From positions 1-44,647 of the IMG/VR virus record IMGVR_UViG_3300011604_000001: a stretch of DNA of 44,647 nt. One strand, 5' to 3'. The notes beneath the pieces are model-generated. The model saw nothing but the letters and a program-made list of their open reading frames with translations. It had not been told where the DNA came from and searched no databases. This DNA comes from a virus. Each line of letters begins with the position of its first letter. The stretch's first letter is position 1. The position numbers and the translations under genes are program-made. Shown piece after piece: positions 1-6,954 of the stretch.

Positions 1-123
1 AGAGAAAAGTTAACCACCGTTTGCGACCTTATCTTTTAATGCCTTAATATCCGCATTGTCTTTGTATCGCTCAATGACTGAGTAAAACTCCTCAATGTCA
101 TGGTTAGCTAGATAATGCTTAGG
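1..123. repeat. Terminal overlap: identical to 44525-44647 (closure of a circular or circularly permuted genome)
   Basis: Direct comparison: agagaaaagttaaccaccgtttgcg...gctagataatgcttagg occurs at both ends. The repeat cuts through the 3' part of the metallopeptidase ORF, so it looks like an assembly or permutation overlap rather than a functional DTR. Confidence 0.95.
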
Positions 124-606
124 TAGCCCTGTCATATCACTAAATAGCATATTGCCATCTTCGTCACGTTTAACGCCAATGTGGGCTAATTCATGCTCAA
201 TTAATGCTAGATATTCGTCTGTGGTGCATTGTGAGCAGTAATAAGCATCTAGTGTGATTAAGTAGGTTGGTGTAAATCCAAACCAATCGCGCATTTGTTT
301 TTCTTGTCTTGCCTTTTTCCAACCACCTGCTATAAACGATACACGTTCACATTGTCCTAGCACTCGCTTTTCAGCTTTGTTAAATCCATCACTCGCCCAC
401 AAGAATTGTAAAAACTCTGGCTCATTTAGTAATGTGATATGCTCAAATGCAGGATTGTATAATTCGTGATGTTCGTTAAGTATGGTTTCGGTTACAAACT
501 CTCTTAAGTCTGTGGCTGGCATAAACTCAATAAAGCTAGTTTCGTCATCATCGCCTTGTGAATAATCAAGTAGGCTTTTTGGTGGCATGGGTGGCTTACT
601 TGTCAT
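10..606 (-). CDS. Putative phage zinc metallopeptidase (HExxH), first gene of the late operon
   Basis: HELAH motif in LALIEHELAHIGVKRDEDGN. I chose the start at the internal ATG (MTSKPPMPP) because GGAGGG lies 3 nt upstream. It sits immediately upstream of TerS across the circular junction. Confidence 0.55.
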   Translation of the reverse strand: MTSKPPMPPKSLLDYSQGDDDETSFIEFMPATDLREFVTETILNEHHELYNPAFEHITLLNEPEFLQFLWASDGFNKAEKRVLGQCERVSFIAGGWKKARQEKQMRDWFGFTPTYLITLDAYYCSQCTTDEYLALIEHELAHIGVKRDEDGNMLFSDMTGLPKHYLANHDIEEFYSVIERYKDNADIKALKDKVANGG

Positions 607-663
607 AAGCCCTCCAAGGCTAAAATAAAAAAGACTCACAACCCATCGCTTAGACTGCAAGCC

Positions 664-696
664 ATAAAAAACCGCTTACACGTTAATGTAGGCGGT
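664..696 (-). terminator. Rho-independent terminator closing the ORF-free leader (tR'-like)
   Basis: Stem accgcttaca / tgtaggcggt (10 bp, one G:U) with a 6-nt loop. On the minus strand it is followed by TTTTTTAT. Confidence 0.7.
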
Positions 697-1148
697 TTGG
701 TGTTTGGGATGGTTTATTTTGCACAGTGTAAACTATCAAGCCACTGTCCTGTAGCACGCTATGAGTGGAGTGTGTGCAATTTCACTATATCTGCTGAATA
801 GGTCATGCGTTTACACCGCACTTAGCACATTTTGATATAAAACCAATCAAAACCTACGAACACTAAAACAGTCTTATAATATAGGACTTGTCGCCTAGTT
901 TCCTAGTTCGACTAATCACAAGGCGGCTAGGCACCCCCAGCCCTGCATACATCGCTAGAAACTATTGATATATGCTTAACCTTGTAAATCTGAAACCGCA
1001 AAACGGCTTCGTAACTTTTTCTACGCATGGCAGATAAGTTAGGTGACCGCTCAATCATCATCGCCGTTTACCTAAATAAAAAGCTAGATTAAGCAGTTAC
1101 CGAGTAGTCCTACTGTACCGTCTAGCGGTAGCCCAGACCTATACAAAT

Positions 1149-1196
1149 ATTCTATTCGTACTTTGCCATTTTGGCTCATTTATCGTTCACAGTCAA
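1149..1196 (-). promoter_or_regulatory. Candidate late promoter (TTGACT-17-CAAAAT) with a downstream -10-like TAGAAT element
   Basis: Minus strand reads TTGACTgtgaacgataaatgagcCAAAATggcaaagtacgaaTAGAAT. The -35 is at 1196-1191, the -10 at 1173-1168, and the -10-like repeat at 1154-1149. Confidence 0.4.
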
Positions 1197-1249
1197 GATA
1201 TTGCTCAATTTTTTTTGATAAAAAACTTAAATTATTTTGCATTTAGTTG

Positions 1250-1278
1250 TTGACTATCTAATCCGTATTAGATATAAT
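1250..1278 (+). promoter_or_regulatory. Promoter P1 (TTGACT-17-TATAAT) with an 18-bp palindromic operator ATCTAATCCGTATTAGAT filling the spacer
   Basis: The -35 is at 1250-1255, the -10 at 1273-1278 and the operator at 1256-1273. Operator half-sites ATCTAAT/ATTAGAT are inverted repeats. Confidence 0.8.
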
Positions 1279-1316
1279 GACTACATCATCAACAGACATC
1301 CGCACAGGTTATCAAA

Positions 1317-1703
1317 ATGAACAAATCACAACTTTTCAAACAAGCCCACAAATTAGCTAAAAAAGTTATCAAAGCTGGCGACAACTACCGCGTTACTTTT
1401 GGCGCGTGCTTAAAAATGATTGCGTCAATGTTTAAAGTTCCAAGCATTTTACTTGCTAACTCATCAGAATTTTACAAAGCTGAGGGCGTTTATGTGGGTG
1501 ATGACAAGATGCAAGTTAATATGGATGTCAACAGCGAAATGTATGCGCTTGTAAAAAGCGGCAAATCATTCGGCTTTAAAAATGGTTCAAAGACTGCTTA
1601 TGAAATTGTAGTATCTGAAATTAATGAATTATCAGTTAAAGCAGAACGCGGATTATTAAATCTTGTAAATGTTAAATTCTCATTCAAAAATATCTATCTT
1701 TAA
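1317..1703 (+). CDS. Hypothetical protein, 128 aa (first gene of the counter-oriented cassette)
   Basis: ORF directly downstream of P1, with AGGT 7 nt before the ATG. I recognise no family. Confidence 0.7.
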   Translation: MNKSQLFKQAHKLAKKVIKAGDNYRVTFGACLKMIASMFKVPSILLANSSEFYKAEGVYVGDDKMQVNMDVNSEMYALVKSGKSFGFKNGSKTAYEIVVSEINELSVKAERGLLNLVNVKFSFKNIYL

Positions 1704-1728
1704 TTTAAACAAAGCAAGGAGTAAATTC

Positions 1729-1902
1729 ATGGCAAAGAACACCCCAGCGCAACAAGCAGCAGTAAAACGCTATGTCGCACAAACTGAGCAATGGCAAGTT
1801 CGCACTAAAGACCCCAAGCGGATGCAGCTACTCAAGCAAGCAAAAGAGCAGGGAAATCTACCCGAATTATTTTTTGAATTTTTAGAAAAAAATTTTAAAT
1901 AA
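1729..1902 (+). CDS. Small ribbon-helix-helix-like DNA-binding protein, 57 aa (putative autoregulator of P1/P2)
   Basis: AAGGAG lies 7 nt upstream of the ATG at 1729. The pattern is a beta-strand (WQVRT) followed by two helices (PKRMQLLKQAKEQG, LPELFFEFLEK), as in CopG/Arc-type RHH proteins. The upstream part of the called ORF overlaps the previous gene and has no RBS. Confidence 0.5.
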   Translation: MAKNTPAQQAAVKRYVAQTEQWQVRTKDPKRMQLLKQAKEQGNLPELFFEFLEKNFK

Positions 1903-1906
1903 ATGC

Positions 1907-1935
1907 TTGCATATCTAATACGGATTAGATATAAT
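1907..1935 (+). promoter_or_regulatory. Promoter P2 (TTGCAT-17-TATAAT) carrying the exact reverse complement of the P1 operator
   Basis: Operator ATCTAATACGGATTAGAT at 1913-1930 is the reverse complement of 1256-1273 (18/18). The flanking -10 and downstream bases are also similar to P1. Confidence 0.8.
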
Positions 1936-2004
1936 GAACACATCAAGACAAGAAGTGCAGTTCAAATCTTGATACTAACTTAAACACTAATTGGAGTAAA
2001 AATC

Positions 2005-2268
2005 ATGAAAACTATCAAACACTACAGCACAATCGGTCTTAACGTCAATATCAACGGTAAAGTAAAAATGGCTCGCGTATTCTTTGATGTTAAAGAAGAC
2101 AACAGCGTTAAAGTTTATGTTGTTTCAGCGAATAGCTTAAATCAGATTAAATCACTTGGCACTAAGACTATCACTCGTGAGCAATTAGCAAATTTACCCG
2201 ATGACCCTGCTAATGAAGTAATTTTTGCAGAAGCCGCTTTTGCGTTATTTGGTCTTGATATCAACTAA
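2005..2268 (+). CDS. Hypothetical protein, 87 aa (third cassette gene)
   Basis: GGAG RBS. The 5' UTR contains a 7-bp hairpin, atcaaga...tcttgat. No family recognised. Confidence 0.7.
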   Translation: MKTIKHYSTIGLNVNINGKVKMARVFFDVKEDNSVKVYVVSANSLNQIKSLGTKTITREQLANLPDDPANEVIFAEAAFALFGLDIN

Positions 2269-2287
2269 CAAAGAATACAAAAAGATA

Positions 2288-2322
2288 AAGGGTTTAGATG
2301 TGCAGTCTAAACCCTTTTTTTT
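2288..2322. terminator. Bidirectional intrinsic terminator between the cassette and the early-right operon
   Basis: Stem aagggtttaga / tctaaaccctt with a 7-nt loop. A T8 run follows on the plus strand and a T-rich tract follows on the minus strand. Confidence 0.8.
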
Positions 2323-2422
2323 AATCCACCTTTGCGGCGGTAAACACTAATTGCAGTTTACAACCAAATTATTTCATAAGCCACCTTCGCAGTGGTAACT
2401 GCATATTATCAGCTATTAAAAT

Positions 2423-2914
2423 TCAAGTCAACTTGCACTCTCGCCAATACAACCCTGCTAAATTGTCCGCTTTTGATATCGGCTCGAAAACCTCACTAAA
2501 CACAGTCTCAAACACTGGCGCATGATATTGACAATAACCCGACTTACTAACGCCCAACTTATCCGCTTTTTCCGCGTCTGTTTTTGTTTTACCCATTAGC
2601 TCATCGCCCACAATTTGAGCCATCGTATTTGCGTATTTTAAGCCCATCTTTGGCGATTTATATGCTGTCATGGCTAATTGCACTAGATTACTATGCAAAC
2701 GCTCTCGTGAGCGATTAGAGACGTAGCAATCAACGGCTACTTGCATTATCTCTTTGTCATCGTCATGATAATTTGTATTGATATATCTTAAACAACCGCT
2801 TGCGTCTGCAGCGTCCATCTTGTCCCCTGTGCTGCGGCTTGTGCTGTAGTCACTTGTTGACTTTAGATTGATTAGACGCTGTACGCGCTCAAGATTACTA
2901 AAACTGCATCCCAT
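2423..2914 (-). CDS. Putative late-gene regulator (Q-like antiterminator candidate), 163 aa
   Basis: Last gene of the early-right operon, which is the position Q occupies in lambdoid phages. It has a C-terminal HTH-like segment (AEKADKLGVSKSGYCQY) and an AAGGGG RBS. The call rests on position and motifs only. Confidence 0.35.
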   Translation of the reverse strand: MGCSFSNLERVQRLINLKSTSDYSTSRSTGDKMDAADASGCLRYINTNYHDDDKEIMQVAVDCYVSNRSRERLHSNLVQLAMTAYKSPKMGLKYANTMAQIVGDELMGKTKTDAEKADKLGVSKSGYCQYHAPVFETVFSEVFEPISKADNLAGLYWRECKLT

Positions 2915-2924
2915 AGCTATCCCC

Positions 2925-3110
2925 TTATTTGCAATCTTCCACTCGATAGATTAAATCAAACTTTTCTTTGCTCATGCGCTCTGTCTGCATTGAGCGCAAA
3001 CTGTAAAACTGCACACCTTTTTGACCGTTTATTTTTACTGGCACATAGTTACTACCCACCACTTCGCCTGTACTACGACAAATCACCTTTTTAGGCTCGC
3101 TATACCCCAT
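2925..3110 (-). CDS. Hypothetical small protein, 61 aa
   Basis: I chose the internal ATG at 3110 because AGGGGG lies 5 nt upstream, just after the stop of the preceding gene. Confidence 0.55.
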   Translation of the reverse strand: MGYSEPKKVICRSTGEVVGSNYVPVKINGQKGVQFYSLRSMQTERMSKEKFDLIYRVEDCK

Positions 3111-3112
3111 CG

Positions 3113-3589
3113 TTACCCCCTGCACCATGCTAAATCCTGCGGTATCTCAAGCAATACACCCTTTGCATAGCTAAAAGTGTATATATCGTTAAGATACTCA
3201 GTGAACTGTTTTGTACTCGCTATTGTCGTGCTAATTCCATTTGCCACTATCTCGGCTTGGCTCTCATAGATATGTGGCGCAAGCTCTTTAATGACCTGTA
3301 AATTTTGCACGGCTATTGGCAACCGTTTGTCTGTGCCATCTCTTAGATAAATCCTTGCTAAAAACTGGCGCTTAAGCTGTATATGCAAGCTGTCTTTATC
3401 CTGCCCCCATTTGTTTTGTAGTTGAGTGAGCCATACCCAATAAAGCCTATTTTGAGCGTGTGAGCGCGTTTCATCATCGTCTGTTATGATGACATTAAGC
3501 ACGCCTTTAACCGCCTTGTAGCGCGTTAAAATCGCATTGGTGCAGTTAATAAAAACGTCATCGTCAATAAGTCTAAAACGCTGATTCAT
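3113..3589 (-). CDS. ninB: NinB-like recombination protein
   Basis: RSHAQNRLYWVWLTQLQ and TSTKQFTEYLNDI segments parallel lambda NinB (RSLDQNRKLWACL..., STSRMRVGEFAELLE). It lies in a nin-region position. Confidence 0.5.
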   Translation of the reverse strand: MNQRFRLIDDDVFINCTNAILTRYKAVKGVLNVIITDDDETRSHAQNRLYWVWLTQLQNKWGQDKDSLHIQLKRQFLARIYLRDGTDKRLPIAVQNLQVIKELAPHIYESQAEIVANGISTTIASTKQFTEYLNDIYTFSYAKGVLLEIPQDLAWCRG

Positions 3590-3854
3590 CTTTGTACCCT
3601 AATGCCATATTTGTTTTGCTTAACCAATTAGCAAATTTCGCCTTTGCCTGTTCTCGGTTAAGGTTGACGTATAAGTCAAAATCGCTATGGCAACCCCTAC
3701 ATAAAGCCACTGTATAGCTGTCATCGGCTTTAATTCCCTTGCCTTTGCCATGCTCACTAAAATTGCTGTGTGCTATATCAACTGGTCGCCTACCACACTC
3801 AACACAACTAAATTTTCGCAATGCTTCAAATCGTTGGGTTTTATTCATTGTCAC
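3573..3854 (-). CDS. YbcO/DUF1364-like zinc-binding protein (putative nuclease)
   Basis: CVECG...HS...GKGKGIKADD...LCRGCH cysteine/histidine pattern in a nin-region context. Confidence 0.45.
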   Translation of the reverse strand: MTMNKTQRFEALRKFSCVECGRRPVDIAHSNFSEHGKGKGIKADDSYTVALCRGCHSDFDLYVNLNREQAKAKFANWLSKTNMALGYKDESAF

Positions 3855-4254
3855 CGCCTAACTGCTCAAACCAAAAAACTACAGGCATATCCACTTCCTG
3901 CACCAGTCCAAACCGTTTAGCCTTTTGATAACTTGCATACTTTGGGCTTTCATTCAAAGTGCGGACACGGTCTTTAATCATGTAACGCCAGTTTTCAAGC
4001 GTCATGCTGTGCTTGTCATTGTTGCATTTGACACAAGACGGCATGAGATTGTCGTAATAGTCGTTTTCAGGTTTATTCATGTCAGTGGCGCGGGTTTTGA
4101 GCTTACCATTCTTGTCTTTGTAGGTTTCCCAGTTGCGCTCGACTGGCTCTAAGTGGTCGGCTTGCCATCGCTCACCAAGTTCAATACCGCAATAAGCGCA
4201 GTGACCACCAAACTTTTGCTTTAATTCTTCGCGCTGTTTTTTAGATAATTTCAT
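3841..4254 (-). CDS. HNH endonuclease
   Basis: CAYCG...ADHLEPV...CVKCNNDKH (HNH/zinc-finger motif). Confidence 0.8.
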   Translation of the reverse strand: MKLSKKQREELKQKFGGHCAYCGIELGERWQADHLEPVERNWETYKDKNGKLKTRATDMNKPENDYYDNLMPSCVKCNNDKHSMTLENWRYMIKDRVRTLNESPKYASYQKAKRFGLVQEVDMPVVFWFEQLGGDNE

Positions 4255-4257
4255 GCT

Positions 4258-4683
4258 TCACCGCCCATAAACTAACATTGCCGCATCTCGTGCGTGCTGA
4301 CTTGTCCGACCTTGCCACCCTGTTATTTTTTCAAACTTCACGGCATCAACTTTTGCACCTTTAGCGGCTGGCGAAAGTAGCAAATATTCATAGCCGTTCT
4401 CTTTGCACCAATCTTCCCAAATTTGCGCGTCACGCTTGACTGACCCTGCACCCTGCGCTTTTGACTTGCTCTTTTTGTCAGTGATGTTTTTTGAGTAACC
4501 ATTCCACTTTCGCGCATCTTCGATATAGATTTTTGTTTCTTCTGGCGGGCACCACTGTAAAATCAAAGCCATTGCTCTTGTAATTGATGTGGTTTCAACT
4601 CTTGTTAAGTCACCCCAAAGCATGATAGCCAGTCCAGTGTTTACCCCTGTATCTATGCCAATTTTGATAGATTTACTTGTCAT
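4258..4683 (-). CDS. RuvC-like Holliday-junction resolvase
   Basis: N-terminal IGIDTGVNTGLAI (RuvC-type catalytic Asp loop), C-terminal HARDAAM, and appropriate size. Confidence 0.6.
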   Translation of the reverse strand: MTSKSIKIGIDTGVNTGLAIMLWGDLTRVETTSITRAMALILQWCPPEETKIYIEDARKWNGYSKNITDKKSKSKAQGAGSVKRDAQIWEDWCKENGYEYLLLSPAAKGAKVDAVKFEKITGWQGRTSQHARDAAMLVYGR

Positions 4684-4834
4684 CTTGCTTTTTGTCCTTG
4701 TGCTGCCGATTGTTGTTGTGTTGCTTTAACCGCTTTTTATCTTTGATGTCTAGCTGCTTAGTGACAAAATCGGTCTTGATGAAATGCCCTAAGCCGCTTA
4801 ACTGGTCGTATTTGCTAAGATTGATTTTTGTCAT
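4673..4834 (-). CDS. Possible small basic protein, 53 aa (below the ORF-track cutoff)
   Basis: ATG at 4834. It translates to MTKINLSKYDQLSGLGHFIKTDF...KQHNNNRQHKDKKQDDK, and its stop overlaps the RuvC-like start, which suggests translational coupling. Confidence 0.35.
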   Translation of the reverse strand: MTKINLSKYDQLSGLGHFIKTDFVTKQLDIKDKKRLKQHNNNRQHKDKKQDDK

Positions 4835-5003
4835 CGTCAGTCTCGCTCATATTGATAAATACAATCTTGCTAACTTTGTATAAGTGATTACCTACAGCAA
4901 TCCACCCTTTTTGCAATTTTCGATAAAGTAGAATGTCGTTAATTGTTGAGCCTGTTAAAACACCACAAATAAAAATCAAGCTAATAAATAAAATCGCTTT
5001 CAT
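4815..5003 (-). CDS. Small membrane/secreted protein, 62 aa
   Basis: Hydrophobic N-terminus MKAILFISLIFICGVLTG. Confidence 0.5.
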   Translation of the reverse strand: MKAILFISLIFICGVLTGSTINDILLYRKLQKGWIAVGNHLYKVSKIVFINMSETDDDKNQS

Positions 5004-5080
5004 CAAAACACCACCTTTATCACAACTGCTAAAACCAATCCCAAAAACACCGCTACTGCTAAAAAATCGTATTTAGTCAT
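5003..5080 (-). CDS. Possible 25-aa hydrophobic micro-ORF
   Basis: MTKYDFLAVAVFLGLVLAVVIKVVF. Its ATG overlaps the stop region of the upstream gene, and its TGA overlaps the next ATG (TGATG). Confidence 0.25.
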   Translation of the reverse strand: MTKYDFLAVAVFLGLVLAVVIKVVF

Positions 5081-5330
5081 TGTTTACTGCCTTTGATATA
5101 CGTTTATTGCATGAACCGCACAGATAATGAACCCTATCACTCCCTAAAACCTTTCCGCATCTAAGACAAGATGGTTTAAACAAAGCCTTAAACTCGCTCA
5201 AAGTAAATTTATTTTTAATTCCTGTTTTCGGCTCATAAGTTTTTACTTCATTGCCATCATCACATGACGCAAACACGCAAATCACTCCGTCTGTAAAAAA
5301 CTCATGTTCAAACATTTGTAAATCACTCAT
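5073..5330 (-). CDS. Zinc-ribbon protein, 85 aa
   Basis: CLRCGK...CGSCNK four-cysteine pattern. Confidence 0.55.
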   Translation of the reverse strand: MSDLQMFEHEFFTDGVICVFASCDDGNEVKTYEPKTGIKNKFTLSEFKALFKPSCLRCGKVLGSDRVHYLCGSCNKRISKAVNND

Positions 5331-5432
5331 ATTTATCTCTCTTTTGCGCTGTATTGCGTTTTAAACCTTGCCTAGTTGTTTGCCTATCTTTGACGTTAAA
5401 ATCAAAAATAGGCGTGTTTCTGTGCGTTCTAG

Positions 5433-5600
5433 CTATGCTGATAACTCCATTTCTTGCTTTGTCTTTTTAGGCTCTGTGTCGTAGTCCATACCTACCGCCT
5501 TTAACATTTGTCGTTTCTGACGCTCAGTTAATCGATTGTCATCATGGGTTAATTGCCAGTAGGCGTTTGGGTGGATAAATGGGTCGGGGTAATTAAGCAT
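5433..5600 (-). CDS. Hypothetical small protein, 55 aa
   Basis: The ATG at 5600 overlaps the DnaB stop (ATGCTTAA). The longer called ORF would overlap DnaB by 80 nt. Confidence 0.45.
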   Translation of the reverse strand: MLNYPDPFIHPNAYWQLTHDDNRLTERQKRQMLKAVGMDYDTEPKKTKQEMELSA

Positions 5601-6954
5601 GGTTGCCTCCAAATGTCGGCTCATCGTCAAAATTTGGCACATAATTGGTAAATCGGCTGTATTGACCTTCAAAACCTAGCCGTACACTACCAATCTCGCC
5701 TTGTCTGTTTTTTCCGATGATTATTTCAGCAACGCCCTTTTCTTTACTCTCCGCGTTATAAACTTCGTCACGGTAGATAAATAGAATTTGGTCGGCATCT
5801 TGCTCGATTGCACCCGATTCGCGCAGGTCAGACATAATCGGTCTTTTGTTGCCGCGTGTTTCTAAGCTGCGATTAAGCTGTGATAAAGCAATCACTGGGC
5901 AATCAAACTCTTTGCCAAAACCTTTTAACTCTCTTGTGATATTGCCTATTTGACGCGCTGTGTTACCGCTTTCATCGATACCGCCCATAATTTGGATGTA
6001 ATCAACCATAATCACGCCAATTTCACCCTGTTCGCGTCTAATCTTGTTTAATACGCTCCGCATCTCGCCAACAGTTAAGCCGTTTGTATCATCAATCACA
6101 TACGACAAGTTTTTAACTTCATCCATCGCTTCAACCATGCGACCCCATTCAGTTGTATTGTTAAATCGGCTATCACCGTCAACGCCTAAATCGCCTGAGC
6201 GTATTGCCCCTAATCGCACTGAGCCTGTGGCACTAATCAAACGCTGAATAACTGATTCTTTGGTCATCTCAAGACTAAAGAAAACGCCTGTCTTGCCTGT
6301 CTCTTTAACCATATTGACCGCAATATTTTGTGCCAGTGTGGTTTTACCCATTGATGGTCTAGCAGCAATAATCACTAGGTCGCCTTTTTCAACTTGCAGC
6401 TTATTGTTTAATTCTTCAAAGCCTGTGCCGATAAATGGCTGCACCCCATGCTTCACCACTGATAGCAACTTTTCGTAAAACCCATCTAAAAGACTGCTAG
6501 CGACAACATACCCACCTTTGGTTGACTGCATCATGACGTTGTTAAGGTCACTGATAGAATCGTTAATCAGCGTATCGGTTGACTTGTCAAAGTTTTCTAA
6601 CTGGTCAATACCTTGTTTTAGTTTTTCAATCGCTGAGCGTCTTTGGCTAAAATCTTTGATTTTTTCGCAATAAGCAGCGATATTGAATGTTGCAGAAGAT
6701 GACGCTAGTAACTCGCCTAAATACTCCTCACCACCAATCAAGTGCAGTTTGTTTTTGGCTTCTAATTCATCCATGACCATAACAACGTCATACGGCTGTT
6801 TTTGGTTGTAAAGGTGAGTGATTGCGTCAAAGATGATTTCATGACGTTCAGCGTAAAAATTCTTACCTGTTAACTTACCTTCTACATCGGCATAGTTTTC
6901 GTTAATCATCAACGATGCTAAAACGGATTTTTCCATGTCTAAGTTGTGCAGCAT
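5593..6954 (-). CDS. dnaB: Replicative DNA helicase (DnaB family)
   Basis: Walker A ARPSMGKTT, Walker B VIMVDYIQ, and SQLNR / SDLRESGAIEQDAD motifs. The N-terminal DnaB fold signature EKSVLASL is present. Confidence 0.95.
   Translation of the reverse strand: MLHNLDMEKSVLASLMINENYADVEGKLTGKNFYAERHEIIFDAITHLYNQKQPYDVVMVMDELEAKNKLHLIGGEEYLGELLASSSATFNIAAYCEKIKDFSQRRSAIEKLKQGIDQLENFDKSTDTLINDSISDLNNVMMQSTKGGYVVASSLLDGFYEKLLSVVKHGVQPFIGTGFEELNNKLQVEKGDLVIIAARPSMGKTTLAQNIAVNMVKETGKTGVFFSLEMTKESVIQRLISATGSVRLGAIRSGDLGVDGDSRFNNTTEWGRMVEAMDEVKNLSYVIDDTNGLTVGEMRSVLNKIRREQGEIGVIMVDYIQIMGGIDESGNTARQIGNITRELKGFGKEFDCPVIALSQLNRSLETRGNKRPIMSDLRESGAIEQDADQILFIYRDEVYNAESKEKGVAEIIIGKNRQGEIGSVRLGFEGQYSRFTNYVPNFDDEPTFGGNHA

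Noticed and set aside
1-123. The terminal 123-bp repeat as att sites or a biological direct terminal repeat
   Set aside because: The repeat starts and ends inside the metallopeptidase coding sequence, and the two copies simply close the circle. There is no functional integrase nearby and no flanking host DNA.
895-935. tRNA-like element (AGTTCGACT resembles a T-loop)
   Set aside because: No acceptor stem, D-arm or anticodon arm can be built around it on either strand. The putative T-stem pairs only 3 bp.
2326-2400. Two ~20-bp related elements (ccacctttgcggcggtaaac / ccaccttcgcagtggtaact) downstream of the Q-like gene as a possible att core or iteron pair
   Set aside because: There are only two imperfect copies (16/20). 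Each folds as a small hairpin of the same CCACC...GGTGG family seen at terminators elsewhere. They are most simply auxiliary terminator or RNA-stability hairpins, and are noted under the hairpin-family finding instead.
3925-4152. 75-aa plus-strand ORF inside the HNH gene, and similar short antisense ORFs (4677-4883, 6044-6478, 7672-7872, 8001-8183, 10217-10489, 15436-15786, 17007-17210, 17367-17600)
   Set aside because: All are embedded antisense or out of frame in genes with clear motifs. They have no RBS and implausible composition.
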